This document shows, piece by piece, positions 50,941 through 63,650 of a DNA stretch of 64,000 nt. Under the pieces are notes generated by a model, which did no database searches, was not told the DNA's origin, and saw nothing but the letters and a program-made list of their open reading frames with translations. The stretch's first letter is position 1, and the number at the start of each line of letters is the position of its first letter. Position numbers and translations under genes: made by a program. Origin of the DNA: Bugula neritina (lineage: Eukaryota > Animalia > Bryozoa); contig OZ037772.1 in assembly GCA_964035545.1 (NCBI GenBank), forward strand, positions 12,646,818-12,710,817, in the 5' to 3' direction.

Positions 50941-53900
50941 ATGGCTGACGTAGACAAGTGGATCGAGATTGCCAAAGAGTGTAAATATTTAAATGAAACA
51001 GATTTGAAGGTACGTGTTGTTTTTATTCTTTAGTTCAAGCTGCTGCTACTAGTAGTAGTACTGCTGTCCATTAGTATTAGTATAAATGTAACTGGATAAC
51101 TGTAACTGTGTTTAATAAATATAAATTAACTATTTTAGCTAATAGTTCTTGGAAAAATAAGTAATAATAATATGGATTTTGTTATGATAGTTATTAATTA
51201 GTTATTTGTATTTTGTTCCAACTTTGAATTCATATAGTCAATAGCCTAAGATGTTTTCATTTATTTATTCTTAACTATGAAGTTGGATAAATTGAGTCAA
51301 TGTTAGACCTACTAAGATATTTTTCTTAAAAGTTTAAAAACAGAACTTGTGAAATGTGAAACTGCCTACTATGCCTAGATCAGCTAATAGTGATTTTTTT
51401 TTAATCTTTCAATATGTGTTTTCAGCAACTGTGTGATCATGTGTGTGCGCTACTCATGGAGGAATCAAACGTCCAACCAGTTTCTACTCCAGTTACCGTC
51501 TGCGGAGATATTCACGGACAGTTCTATGACCTCAAAGAGCTCTTTGTGAAAGGAGGTAAGTAATTGTAGTAAGAATCTGTGTGTTTCAGACATGACTCAG
51601 GCAGAAAATCAGAGTTAACAGCAAAAGCTGGGTACTAATAGTAATTTAATTAACCATTTATAATGTACTATTACTCTGCTTTAACCTTTTGGATGATGAA
51701 TAGAAAAACCTGTTGCTTTTTGCCTCATGTTCACCACACTGTTTGATATGCTTTATTTGCTGTCATGGTAACATCGTTAGGAATATTATATATGCTATTT
51801 ATACTGGTTTCTACCTTATAATATTGCAATATTCCATATTATAATATAGTTAGGGTTGCACTATATTACATGTATTATAATAGTATACTGTGTTATAATA
51901 TAGTATAATATATTACATTGTATTGTAGTATTATGTTATATTTTACTGTCTACCCAGGTGCTCTACCAGACACAAACTATGTATTCATGGGAGACTTTGT
52001 AGACAGAGGGTACTACAGTCTAGAAACTTTGACTTACCTCATGGCATTGAAGGCAAAGTAAGTAGTATATCTATTTATCTATTAATAGTAACATCTATTT
52101 ATAGTAACACGTGTCTATTAATAGTAACCGGTGTGCTATTCTTGGCAGGTATCCAGATAAGATCACACTCCTCAGAGGAAACCACGAGAGTCGACAGATC
52201 ACTCAGGTCTACGGGTTTTACGGTGAGTCATGTATTTCCTGTCGTCTGTGTGCACGACATCTGACACTGCCCGCCTAGTGTGTGTTGTATGTTGTTGGTA
52301 TAGTATGTTCTGCTAGTATAGTGTTGTGTAATTTGTGCTGTTGTTGCTTAGTTTATGCCATCCTATACAACCTGTTAAGATTAGATTACCAAAACTGTGT
52401 AATTAGAAGGTTGGGTTATTTTCTTGCCCTCTGCTGGGCAAGGCAAAGAAATGTTGAGTGTTTCCTGAGCTGCATATATAAATATGAACTATATACACTT
52501 TGCTTACTTGCAGATGAGTGCCAGAATAAATATGGAAATGCCAACGCGTGGAGGTACTGCTGCAAGGTGTTTGACCTCCTTACAATAGCCGCCGTAAGTT
52601 TACTACTAGACGTTGTCTTATATCTTGTAGGACTGTAAAACAGTTATACACCTCCTTAGCTTTTTGACCTTGACCCCATTTCCTGTTTCAGATCATAGAC
52701 GAGAGCGTACTGTGTGTTCACGGGGGTCTAAGTCCAGATATCAAGTCTCTGGATCAGATCAGAACGATAGAGAGGAACCAGGAGATTCCTCATAAGGTGT
52801 GTGTCACATGACCTGTCACATGGTGTGTCACATGACCTGTCACATGGTGTGTCACATGACCTGTTATATGGTGTGTCACACTGTATGACAGCTCCATGCA
52901 GTCACTTGTTCCTTAGTGTCACTCCACAAGTTGCTAGTCTGTTGCATTATGTAACCACTTGAGCTTCTAGCTCTCTGAGGTGGGAGATAAAGCAGCATAT
53001 TCAGTTATATCGGGGTCAGTTTAGTAGCCAAGTACTACATGTATGATAAGTGGCTGATATGGGGTTAGTATAGTGCGTAGTTGAAGATGTTATTCTAATG
53101 TGTTGAATCACGCAGGGAGCTTTCTGTGACATAGTCTGGTCAGATCCTGACGACGTGGATGGTTGGGCCGTTTCTCCCAGAGGAGCTGGTTGGCTGTTTG
53201 GTGGAAAAGTAACCAATGAGGTGAGAGCTTACTCTCTAAAAGTAGCCTGCCCATGATTGGTATAATATTTCAATATCTTCCATTGTTGGATGGTGGCACA
53301 TTAGTTTACAATCTTCACTGGAGTCATCTCCCCACAGCATTAGTTACATCTTCACTAGAGTCATCTCCCCACAGCATTAGTTACAGCTTCACTGGAGTCA
53401 TCTCCCCACAGCATTAGTTACATCTTCACTAGAGTCATCTCCCCACAGCATTAGTTACATCTTCTAATATATAGTAGTTATGTTGCTTACGCTGCTCATT
53501 ATGAACTACTTTCAGTGATTTATTATCTAGTAACCTGCATTGATGTCTTCTGTATATTTGTAGTTTGTACACATAAACAACCTTAGTCTAATCTGTAGAG
53601 CTCATCAACTTGTCCACGACGGTAAGTTTTATTCTTAAACTCAGCTTCAGTTGAAAATTCTGATAATCTACAGTCAGTATTTCTGTTAGTAGGACATTAG
53701 CTGCAGTTCTCATTTTACACGAAGTTTCAGTATCTCAGGCTAGTCTGAGCTTCTTGCAGGCATAAACTATGTTCACTTTTGATTTACAAACCATAATTTG
53801 CCGATAGTATAATTTTTTCTATTAAATGTAAAGGAAGGATTTGCGTATCTCAGCAGCTTATAAGATTTTAATAGCCTGTGAACTCAATGTACTGCTGGTT

Positions 53901-54574
53901 ATTCTACCGGGTCTCTATCTCCACCTCCCTATGTTTTAGGCTACAAGTACATGTTCTCTGATAAGTTGGTCACAGTCTGGTCTGCACCCAACTATTGTTA
54001 CAGGTGAGTAGTGCTTACTCAGTGTGTGACTCTCACTCAGTGTGTGACTCTCACTGTGTGCGTGACTCTCACTCTGTGTGCGTGAGTCTCACTCTGTGTG
54101 TCAGTCTCACTCTGTGTGTCAGTCTCACTATTGGTCAGTATGACTATAAGTAACTCTCAGTCAGTATGACTTAGTTGACTGTCAGTCAGTAGAACTGGGA
54201 GTCTGATTCACTCAGTAGTACTGCAAGTTTGACTATTTTTTGTAACACTGAGCTCAAGTGTTTCATTTTCAACTGATTGCTGCTTTATGTAAAACTTCTC
54301 TCACTTCTACTGACTGACATGTTGAGTTGGTTGTTATACCACATCACCTGGTTGCTGTAGTCCTGCACTGGTTGCTAATATAAACTTATAGAGTAGTGTA
54401 AGCAGCTTTCCCTCGCCTGGTAAATAGCCTCTGTATACATTCTGTAGATGTGGAAACATAGCTGCTGTTCTAGCCTTCACTGACGTCAATAATAAGGAAC
54501 CCAAGCTATTCAAGGCCGTACCAGATGACCAGCGAGTTATTCCTGCAAGGACCACAACTCCTTACTTCTTGTGA
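50941..54574 (+). CDS. PPP6C: Serine/threonine protein phosphatase 6 catalytic subunit, 10 exons, 303 aa
   Basis: Exons 50941-51009, 51426-51555, 51958-52057, 52149-52222, 52514-52593, 52692-52796, 53116-53220, 53564-53621, 53940-54003, 54448-54574. PPP motifs [30 protein letters not shown]6-specific features: N-terminus [32 protein letters not shown]-terminus TTPYFL. Confidence 0.97.
52797..52880. repeat. 24-bp minisatellite starting at a PPP6C donor
   Basis: AAG|gtgtgtgtcacatgacctgtcacatggtgtgtcac..., about 3.5 copies. Confidence 0.9.
53310..53465. repeat. ~37-bp minisatellite
   Basis: Four copies of tcttcactggagtcatctccccacagcattagttaca. Confidence 0.9.
54012..54130. repeat. 19-bp minisatellite just inside a PPP6C donor
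   Basis: Variants of actcagtgtgtgactctc. Confidence 0.85.
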
Positions 54575-56873
54575 ATTACACCAGCTGAGAGTAGAACCCT
54601 TGAGATGAGAGACTGTAGAATAACTGGTTGAAGTCCTGCCTGTTAGTGACGGACTTATTTTAATTATTTCTCCAAATTTTAATCATTGCTTGTCTTAGTC
54701 AAGTTGACTCATATTGAGATATAGTATTATGTTATGTAACTTAATGAATGGCTTTCTGTCATATTATTGCTTTATTAAACATTCTTATGTGGAGTATATT
54801 TACTTTTTAACATTTCTACTATGAATGGAGATATACAATAATTTATTCAATAAATGGGTTAGAGTTGCACCGCACTAAATAATACATTCATTATTTCACC
54901 AGTATGGTAAAATTATGGTGAACTCAAGAGATAAGGAAATGTCACATTCTGCACAATTCATTATTAGAAAGTAAAATACACTTAAAATGCCCACATTTGT
55001 TAGAAATTTCATTCCTGTGAGATTCTCTACTGCTGGGAGGCTTTCAAGTGAACTAAGGACTCTGTTGTTGTGACTAGATGCCTTTCCAGACATGCCAGCT
55101 GGCCTTGCTAGCATTCACATATATGACCTAGCTTATGCTGCCATACTGGGGCAGCACTCTAACCACTAGACCACAGCTGCTTCCTCGAACACACAAAAAA
55201 CAAGAAGAAAGCTTTAACTTGAAAAAACCTAATTAGATTTTTCTCTTAAATATATATCTAATTGGATCATAATCTGTTCCAACAATTTTTTGAAACCAGT
55301 ATGTAATACTCATATTTGCATGTAAAATATTAAGCAAATTGTAAATATTAAGCAAGTGCAACACATTGTTAGAGTCAAATTTTTCTATAATATATAAGTT
55401 TTATAATTTTATCTTAAAATAATTTTATTAAAAATATATAAATTGACAAACTTCCTAATAATACTGAGTTTCATCACAATATACAACAATATGATCATTA
55501 TATAAACATATAATTGCAACATTTGTAAACAATACAAATTTGTAAAAAAATATAATGGAATATTTTTATAGCAGATACCCTCAACATGGTAAAAATTAAC
55601 ACATTTGTAGAAATAGTGAACTTCACAGAGTACATTAGTGAAGTTATGGGGCAAGACATACTGAGATACTATTCTAGAGATACGACATTTGATTTTAGAG
55701 CTATGATAATATCCTAAAGGTGAGACAGCCCCACCGGATTTGGTCTTATTTATGTGCAGATTTGATATAAACAGCTTACATATTTGCTAAGATTTTACTC
55801 TTGAAAACACATTATATACTGGTTACTATTGGCCATGGCATGCAACTCATACTGTGCATAGCTACATTTTACGATGAAAATAATTCTCTTACGATTCCAC
55901 AGGAAGACAGCCCTGCTGCTCATTCAAGCATAAAACACATTCTTTTAAAACCTTTGTAAGTTTGAAGTAGGCTAAATGTTTGCATTAAATTTCATAAATA
56001 GGAAACATATCACATTATTTGTAAGTTTTGATTAACAGTTATGGTGTTCTGTCTGCTATTAATATCTGTAGAGTAAATTAGAGGTCAACAACTACATGCA
56101 AGTTGAGTCAACATGGATTAATATACATGCTGTATAATCCTATGTATAATCCTATGTATAATCCTACTAAATATTCATATAAATGTGAAGACATTGCAAT
56201 ATAACCTCAAATATAATATAATATTGAAAATATTATAATCTTCAGTTTGGCACCTTTGTTAGGATCTCATCCAAAGATTAACTGATGAAATCAATAATTT
56301 GCTGCAACTAAAGTTTAAGTCATAAATGGCACACCATACAATAAACTATTTCAAGAGTTTTTTTAAAAATTGAATAAATAAATTTTTGATGAGGAACTAT
56401 AAATCACATTAGCTCAGTAGACCATTAACTCACGACGAAAATAGAAACTTGTGATATATAATTGTGCTTGTTTTAATAACTATAAAACATCCTGAGCAAC
56501 TTGTATTTGATGTAAAATAAATAAAAGTATTTGAATTTTTGTTGCCGGAGCATATGGTAACTCTTTATATCAAATGCAAGACCCCAAGCCCCCCCCATAT
56601 TTTGCTGTTATTTTTTATAAATGCCATTTTTCATTAGCATTAAGTTTTTCAATTTTAACTGAAACTTGGACACTCTTTCAGAGTAATCTGAACACAAAAT
56701 ACATGCTTGGCAAAGCAGCAAAATAGTAACTTCAACATTAATACATCTAAGCCCCTAGGTTGCCTTAGTATAAGAAAGTTAAAGCCTTCACTCTCTAAAA
56801 ATATTACCTTTAAGGCAAGTAAAAAGCAATTTAATATAATTAGATTGTTAAGTTTAGGTTTCCTAGTCATCAG

Positions 56874-59800
56874 TTATTTAGTTAAAAGCAGGCAAACTGC
56901 TATTACCAGTAACACCAGTAACACCAGTAGGATAATTATCAATGTACTTGGATGAAAGTAAAGGTGACTGGTCTGAAAAGGTATCTCTGTTTTTCTTGGT
57001 GCGGTGTTTCTCTCACCTAATCTTCGGATTCCTCTGCTTGATAGCGAATCATCACTTCTAAATAATATTTAAATGTCGAAAGTTAACTGTTTCTGCCAAA
57101 ATGGACAAGTGAATAATTAAAGAAAATCAACCAATTTGGGTTGTCAACAGTAACAACAATCAGTGATGTTCTGTTTCACACTTTTCTAACAGATGTTGTA
57201 TCAGGAGTCTTAGATAGTTGTAGTTGTCTCCTTTTACTGTTGCATGTATGATATTTGCATCACATATAGTGTGGGTGTGGCCTGTGTGAGTGTTGCTGAT
57301 ATAAAACAGAGTGTGTATGAGAGAGATTGGGGAACTGAGGAATTGATTAAAGAGTGATTGAGGACTTTGAACATAGGATGCATGCGAACACAATAGAATG
57401 TGTTAGTGAGTGCTAGCCTAGGACGATAGAAGGTGGAGCACCCATAGACGAATACCCTAACATGGAGTCCTAACTTCACCCCTACATATTGACAGGAGCT
57501 AGAGTTATCTCGGAAGCCAAGCTACCCGTATGGATATATTGACCCCAAGCTAACCCGAACACCACAACATATATTATATTATTTGGTGAGTTTGCATTTA
57601 ACTCAAAATTGTAAAAATTCACCACAACACAAATTCAGAATAAAGCTCAATTTTTTTTCTATTCACTGTCAGTTATCATCTGTTAAAAATTTGTTAGATA
57701 ATCTACGTAATGGGAAATTAAAATTTAATATACTAAGAAATATGTTAGAGAAAGATTGCAATCAAGTTGCTACTATTAGTATTACACATGAGAAGTAATA
57801 AAAGTCTATCAAAAAATATTTACACCGATTAAACAGGAAACATAAATTCATTTGAAGCTCATTATAGTACATTCAATTTTAGTGGAGTTTTACACAAACC
57901 TTTCAAAATCAAGTATATTCACGACTAGAAAAATCACATAAGCTTATAAGAAACACATGAAATAGAAAATTATTCAATACTAACTCGTCATCTGTCTGCG
58001 GCATAATTCGTCTCCGCCTTCGAGCACGTCTGCTTCTCGGTTCTGGTGGAGTCGGCCTTGAATTATCTATAAACAGAATCGAAAACTAACGTGTACGGCA
58101 AAAATTGGACGGCGCAGAACAATACACTACATAGCCTGTATGCACCAAATAAATGGACTATTTTTCACTGCAATTTTATCAGTACTAATATAAAAAAATG
58201 AAACTTACTGAATTTGAAATTTCTATAATTTGAAATTCCTAAAATTATAGCTTGTGTAAAAATTTATTTCCTGTCTTCACTATCTCAGTTCCAATATCTG
58301 ATACATGCTGATGAGCTAACACTGCTATAGGAATGATTTTTTTCAATTTAATATCTTAAAATTTCAACATAATTTTTGTATTCTGTACAAGACAGTGTAT
58401 GGTTTTCTCACCATTCAGGGCTTGTAAGCGAGAAAGAACTTGGCGACTTGCGGCGATGGTTTGGCTGTTGATTATATTTTGGTTGTCAGTAAGCTCAGAA
58501 ATAAAGTGTGCCAAAGCACTGGTCTCCTCTCTCAACTTTTTGTGTTCATCTTCATGCCTTCTGAATGTATCACTTACTTTACGAGTGAATGGCCCGTAAT
58601 CATCTCGCACAAAGTCTTGCTGAACTTGTATGGAACAATCAACTCTGTCTCTCAGCTCATGAAACTTATTTTCCATTTCTGTTTGCCTCTGTGTCAGCTC
58701 ATTAAACTCTCTCTTGCTAATGTTAGGTCCTAGCTGATTTCTGAACTGTTCAAAGTTGTGACCCGCTCTATAGTACGACAACAGAAGCTCTTTCACCTCA
58801 GCAGCATTTTCATCTTCTCGGTCATTGTCTCCACCTGGCACTTCCTCAACAACTTCATCAAGGTCGGACATCAAATCGTTGATATTGGTGTTGGCTAGGT
58901 TTATGGGAATGTTTTTTTCATCCATGTGATTTTCAGCCTGCATGATGAAAAAATTTAGCTAGAAACAAATACTTGAATGAGTTTCATTCCATAATTCATT
59001 TGTTGTGGATGCAGCATGCATACTGCAAGCAAATATTTCTAGCTCCCGCAAACATAATTACGTAAGCAAGAGTATTTGTGAAAAATAGAAGCAAAAGAAT
59101 TATTGCAGCCACAAAAAGAAGCTGTTGTCTGTTAGCAAAAAAATAAAGGTTTTGCAACAGTAATAGAAAATAATAACTTTGACACTAATCTCCACACCAG
59201 AGAAAAGGTAAACTACACATAACAAAATTGAAATTGAAATATGTATTTGAAATTTTTTTTGATGTACGGCAATCGAGTTGTTAGACTATAAACTAGTGGT
59301 ACTGAGTAGCCTGCAAGACCAGGCTTGGCTTAAATAATAAACTTTCAAAATGACCATTAATCTGATAATATGTAATGAAAGAAATTCAGCAAGCTAGAGT
59401 GGAGTTCTTTATATCTAAACATTTAAGTTTTACTTAAATAAAAGGTAGAAATTATGAAAATCTTGAAAAATGCTGTTAGAGTGTTTCTGTAACTGATTCA
59501 TTGAAAATGATGACATGTTACCAAGAATAAAACTTTCTAAGAAATTCTAATAAGTTGTTAGAAAAGGCAGGTCTATAAACATTGGGATTCAAACATTTAT
59601 TTTTATCAGAAGGGCTACCTACTACTGCTACACATTTAAAAAATAATATCTTAGAATTGATATGTTAGACAACCCATGTTAAAGCTTATAGTTCTACCTG
59701 TACTGGTTTGGAGTAGTTTATCTTTTCATTTTTAGCCTCTCCGGTTGCATCCATTCTCCCCTACAAAGTTTCAAAGAAATTAAACACTATACAAGCTATA

Positions 59801-60019
59801 ACAAAACAAAATATGTTAATAATCAAAAATCGCTGATCATTGATTGCAAATTAAGCAATCATTTTCAATTTTGAAAAAATCAATCAATTTTTGGTGCTTA
59901 GATAATGATTTTAAGTTTTAACTCTAATTTTTGGTTGCATTGATTAAGTCCAACTAATTCCAATACTTTAATATTTGCATTGCCTGGCTCAACAAAATTT
60001 GTTTTTGATCAACATTCAT

Positions 60020-60080
<61 letters not shown>

Positions 60081-61711
60081 TAATTGCCAATATTTATGTT
60101 ATTGTTTTTAAGATAACGTGGAAAAGAAGATAATCCATATTGATACAGTATAACTTCTGTCAGTTTAAGATTGTAGCAACTGTTACAGAATTTAATCATT
60201 TTTATTACAAGGTCATATCATAATAAGTCATCAACATCCAGTATAACTAAATGTAAATTATACTTTGAAATGTAAGCTAACTCTAAGAACTAGTAAACAT
60301 CCGTGTACATTGAGTCATGCGAAGTAGCTTTGAATAGCTTAAGATCTAAGCTAAATAATCAAAATATGTAGATAGCCTTATGTTTACAAACTGGTAGCCT
60401 AGTTTATCGCACTTCGAGAAATATGAGATGCCATTATAAAGGTACAAGTTTTTCCTAAATGAGACCGTGTACACAACATCTATATATTACAGAAGGAACA
60501 TACCTCACTTGCAGGAGGCACCTCAACGAAAACCCACTCTCTTTCTCCATCTATTGACAAAAAATAAACAAAGTGCAAAATGTAACCAACAAGTCAGCAT
60601 AATATTATGATTCATAGACATGCCAAAACCGAATATGCAATTGTGTTCATCAACATCACTTAAAAACTTGGCTGTAAAAGTCTCAATCACAATGAGGGAT
60701 GTAATGCTAGATGGAAAAAGAAACCCTATGTAAAGATACCTCCCCATTCCAAGAGTTGACTAAACCAACATACCTGGATTATCCAGTGACTGAGAACTTG
60801 CAGTTGGGTGGCATATTCTGCACTCCAGGTCACTATACAAATATATTATATTATAATATATGATTAGGTCACAAATTGTTAAAAGGTTTTATTTGCTTTT
60901 CTATTCAAATTATTTGACAAAAACTTTAATTATAAACTGCAAAAGTAGATGATTCGTACTAAACAAATTATTGAAATATTTTTCTGAGTGTTGAAAATCC
61001 ATTCAGAAGTATTACATTTATACAGTAGGTCATAACAATCAAGTTAATATGGTGATTACCTTGCATCCAAGCACTGCGTGCAAATATAGTGTCCTTCACT
61101 ACAATATCTAATCTCAGGAGTACACAATCTGTCTCCACAACTACTGCATAATAGCTGACTTGACTACAGGAGAAACAGAAAAGGTGTGGGTTGAATCACT
61201 AAATATAAGTACGATAAACAAGTAACTCAATAAAGGGTAGCATTATATATTTCAAGTGTAAGATTTAAACATTCAAACAACATAATATAAACCTGAAATT
61301 TACTAATGAGGCACTACTTGCATGTCCAGTGTTACAATGGAGAAGTTTTAATTTTACCTGTGCCTTGATCACACAAGTTGGTGAAATTAGGGTGCCAATC
61401 TTACAAACAAATATAAGCACTGGTAATAAATAATATAAGTATTTATCTATTATAACTAATCAGCATAAACAGTAGGCCCTATATATAGTGTGTCAAAATT
61501 ACATGTTGAAATACTTAGACAGCACCGACATTCAAATTCAAAACTTGTCCAATTTACAAACAGGGTGGAGGGTTTGAACCATGCTCTGGCAATTCATTTT
61601 ACAAAATTTTCAACATCATGTATGTACATATATTTCATAATTTAAACTGTAGTTAAAAACAAGCCTTCCTACCAGTTCCTTGCCACTTCTGTTTGGGAAA
61701 GCTGCTGCCAT
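56874..61711 (-). CDS. RING finger / coiled-coil / tail-anchored membrane protein, putative E3 ligase, 9 exons, ~388 aa
   Basis: Phase-consistent exons 61673-61711, 61358-61399, 61060-61163, 60774-60832, 60504-60550, 59698-59760, 58412-58958, 57985-58066, 56874-57057. RING: CSSCGDRLCTPEIRYCSEGHYICTQCLDASDLECRIC. The large exon is heptad-like and helical. Basic stretch RSRRARRRRR. C-terminus TLIIILLVLLVLLVIAVCLLLTK-stop. Confidence 0.8.
60020..60079. repeat. (CA)n(TA)n microsatellite
   Basis: Read directly from the sequence. Confidence 0.95.
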
Positions 61712-62507
61712 TTTACCTATAATACAAATCAAATTTATTACAACTACGAAAAATCTAGTTCCGTCTGTCTGGTCAACAACTAGAAAGAATCATTAAGGTA
61801 GTAAGTTTTTTGAAAGCAACTTTGTTCTGGTGAGGATAGCCACAGCAAAACATGTGCACACTTTGTCTCAAGTCTGGATGTGATATCATAAAAGTGGTTC
61901 AGTCACAGCCAGCGCCCATCTGATATATCAAAATCTTCCAAATCGAATTTCCTGAATAGTTTAAGCCTGTAAAGTTTGAGTGAAAGTTCACAGTCTGAAC
62001 GAATCCTCATCACTTGGTTAAAAAGTAATGCTGATTGTTGGCCAATAACAGTGGAGTTTGCATTCACATTTTAAGTGAACCTCTACGACTTCTAATATTC
62101 AATACACACATGCACAGCATACACACACACACATATATAGGATAAAACTTGGCTAATCCAAATTTTATCCAAAGATGATCACTACCCAGCACTCACTGAA
62201 TCATATGAGCACCTGCTTGAACAATTCAAACTAAGACTCAGGTTCAAGGAATTTCGGGTTCAATTCGTACAAACTACAAGAAATATTACAGTAGTTTTCT
62301 ACCATAGACAATCAGAAATTTGAATATTGGATCAAATACATCAACCAAATCATCCTCCAATTCCGAGTTCTTACCACAAACACGCTAACATGGCATGTTT
62401 TTAAATTCAAGGTTAACTCTTTTTAAATATATTTGCTGACTACTGATGCATAAATGTAAGTTAAAGTTGTAACCTAAGGCACATGTGGCACACCCTTTAT
62501 AGTTTAT

Positions 62508-63500
62508 TGTAGTGGCTGTGGGAAGTACACATCCCATTGCCCCTGTCTAAGTATTCATAACAGAACAGTGACAATATATAATATTATAAGTATTATGAGT
62601 CAAGGGACTACAACTCCTTTGGCAATGCCGCAACTACGTGCGGCACCACATCACACTCTGCGGTGATACCGCCGGAACCTTCTACTAGCCAATCAACCTC
62701 AACCCTCTGAATATAAACAGCGCCTTCCGGCGCCCAGCCTCAGTCTGAAGATAACTGTCAAGTAGACTAGTGTGTTACCATATAATTGTTCTATATGCAA
62801 TACTCATGGTCTTGTGTGTATCTAATTAGACTTCCAATAAAGCTCTTCTATAAACCTCAACTATTTCGGTTTCTCTCGTAACCTCATAGTGAGGTATGCA
62901 GCAGTAATTCGCAGTACAATAAACACCCATACAAGTAGTGCACAAAATTACAACATTATACCCAACAGGGTGGCTTAGTGTGCAGAAAAGTTTGACAGGT
63001 GTCGGCATGTATAAGTTTAATATCAATATGAATGTAAAACATGATAACCAATAGAATACTTTTAGTTATACTTATACTATTGCTATAGTTTTATGCACTA
63101 CTCTTTAGGGTGTTAATGTGTACTCAATAATTACTGCATATCCACTGTGAGGTTATGTAAAGAACTGAACCAGTTGATCTTTAATGAGAGAACTGTAATA
63201 GTATTTCAATTATGCACACTAAAAATCATATAGAATTATAAAAGAAAAAAGAATACAAGAAGTAACTACTACACAAGTGAACCAATCTATTTAACAACTA
63301 TTGACTAAACTAGCTTTGGGCGCCGGAAGGCATTGTTTATATACAAGGGGTCGATCTCGATTGGTTAAGATAAGGTTCCGGCGGTATCACCACAGAGAGT
63401 GATGCGATGCCGCACAGGACTGCGGCATCGCTAACGAAGCTGTCGTCCTTGAGACATTAGTTGCCTCATAATATATTGTAAGTATTAGGTAGGGGGTACT
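62508..63500. mobile_element. ~1 kb non-coding element with long diverged inverted arms (LTR-like or fold-back)
   Basis: 62621-62736 aligns with the reverse complement of 63317-63432, and ~62870-62960 with the reverse complement of ~63075-63165. Each arm has CCAAT, TATAAA and a poly(A)-like hexamer facing inward. No ORF and no clear TSD. Confidence 0.65.
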
Positions 63501-63513
63501 GAGGGGGGTGACA

Positions 63514-63650
63514 CGACATTTCACAAATGTCAATTCAAAAACATCTATTTCAAAAAAGACAATTCCCAATTTGACAATTTCCAAATTGACAATTAATAAA
63601 TTGACTTTTAGAAAAAAGACATTTCTAAAAATGACATTTCACAAATGATA
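63514..63650. repeat. Degenerate 15-bp tandem array (gacatttcacaaat-like)
   Basis: About 9 units with gacaatt/gacattt cores at 15-nt spacing; possibly the end of a separate non-autonomous DNA element. Confidence 0.7.

Noticed and set aside
58356-58943. Stand-alone 195-aa ORF or retroelement Gag/ORF1
   Set aside because: Bounded by an acceptor and a donor and in phase with the RING and TM exons.
62742-62770. CTGAAGA as a hammerhead ribozyme core (Penelope-like)
   Set aside because: No stem II plus GAAA follows, and the motif is absent from the other arm.
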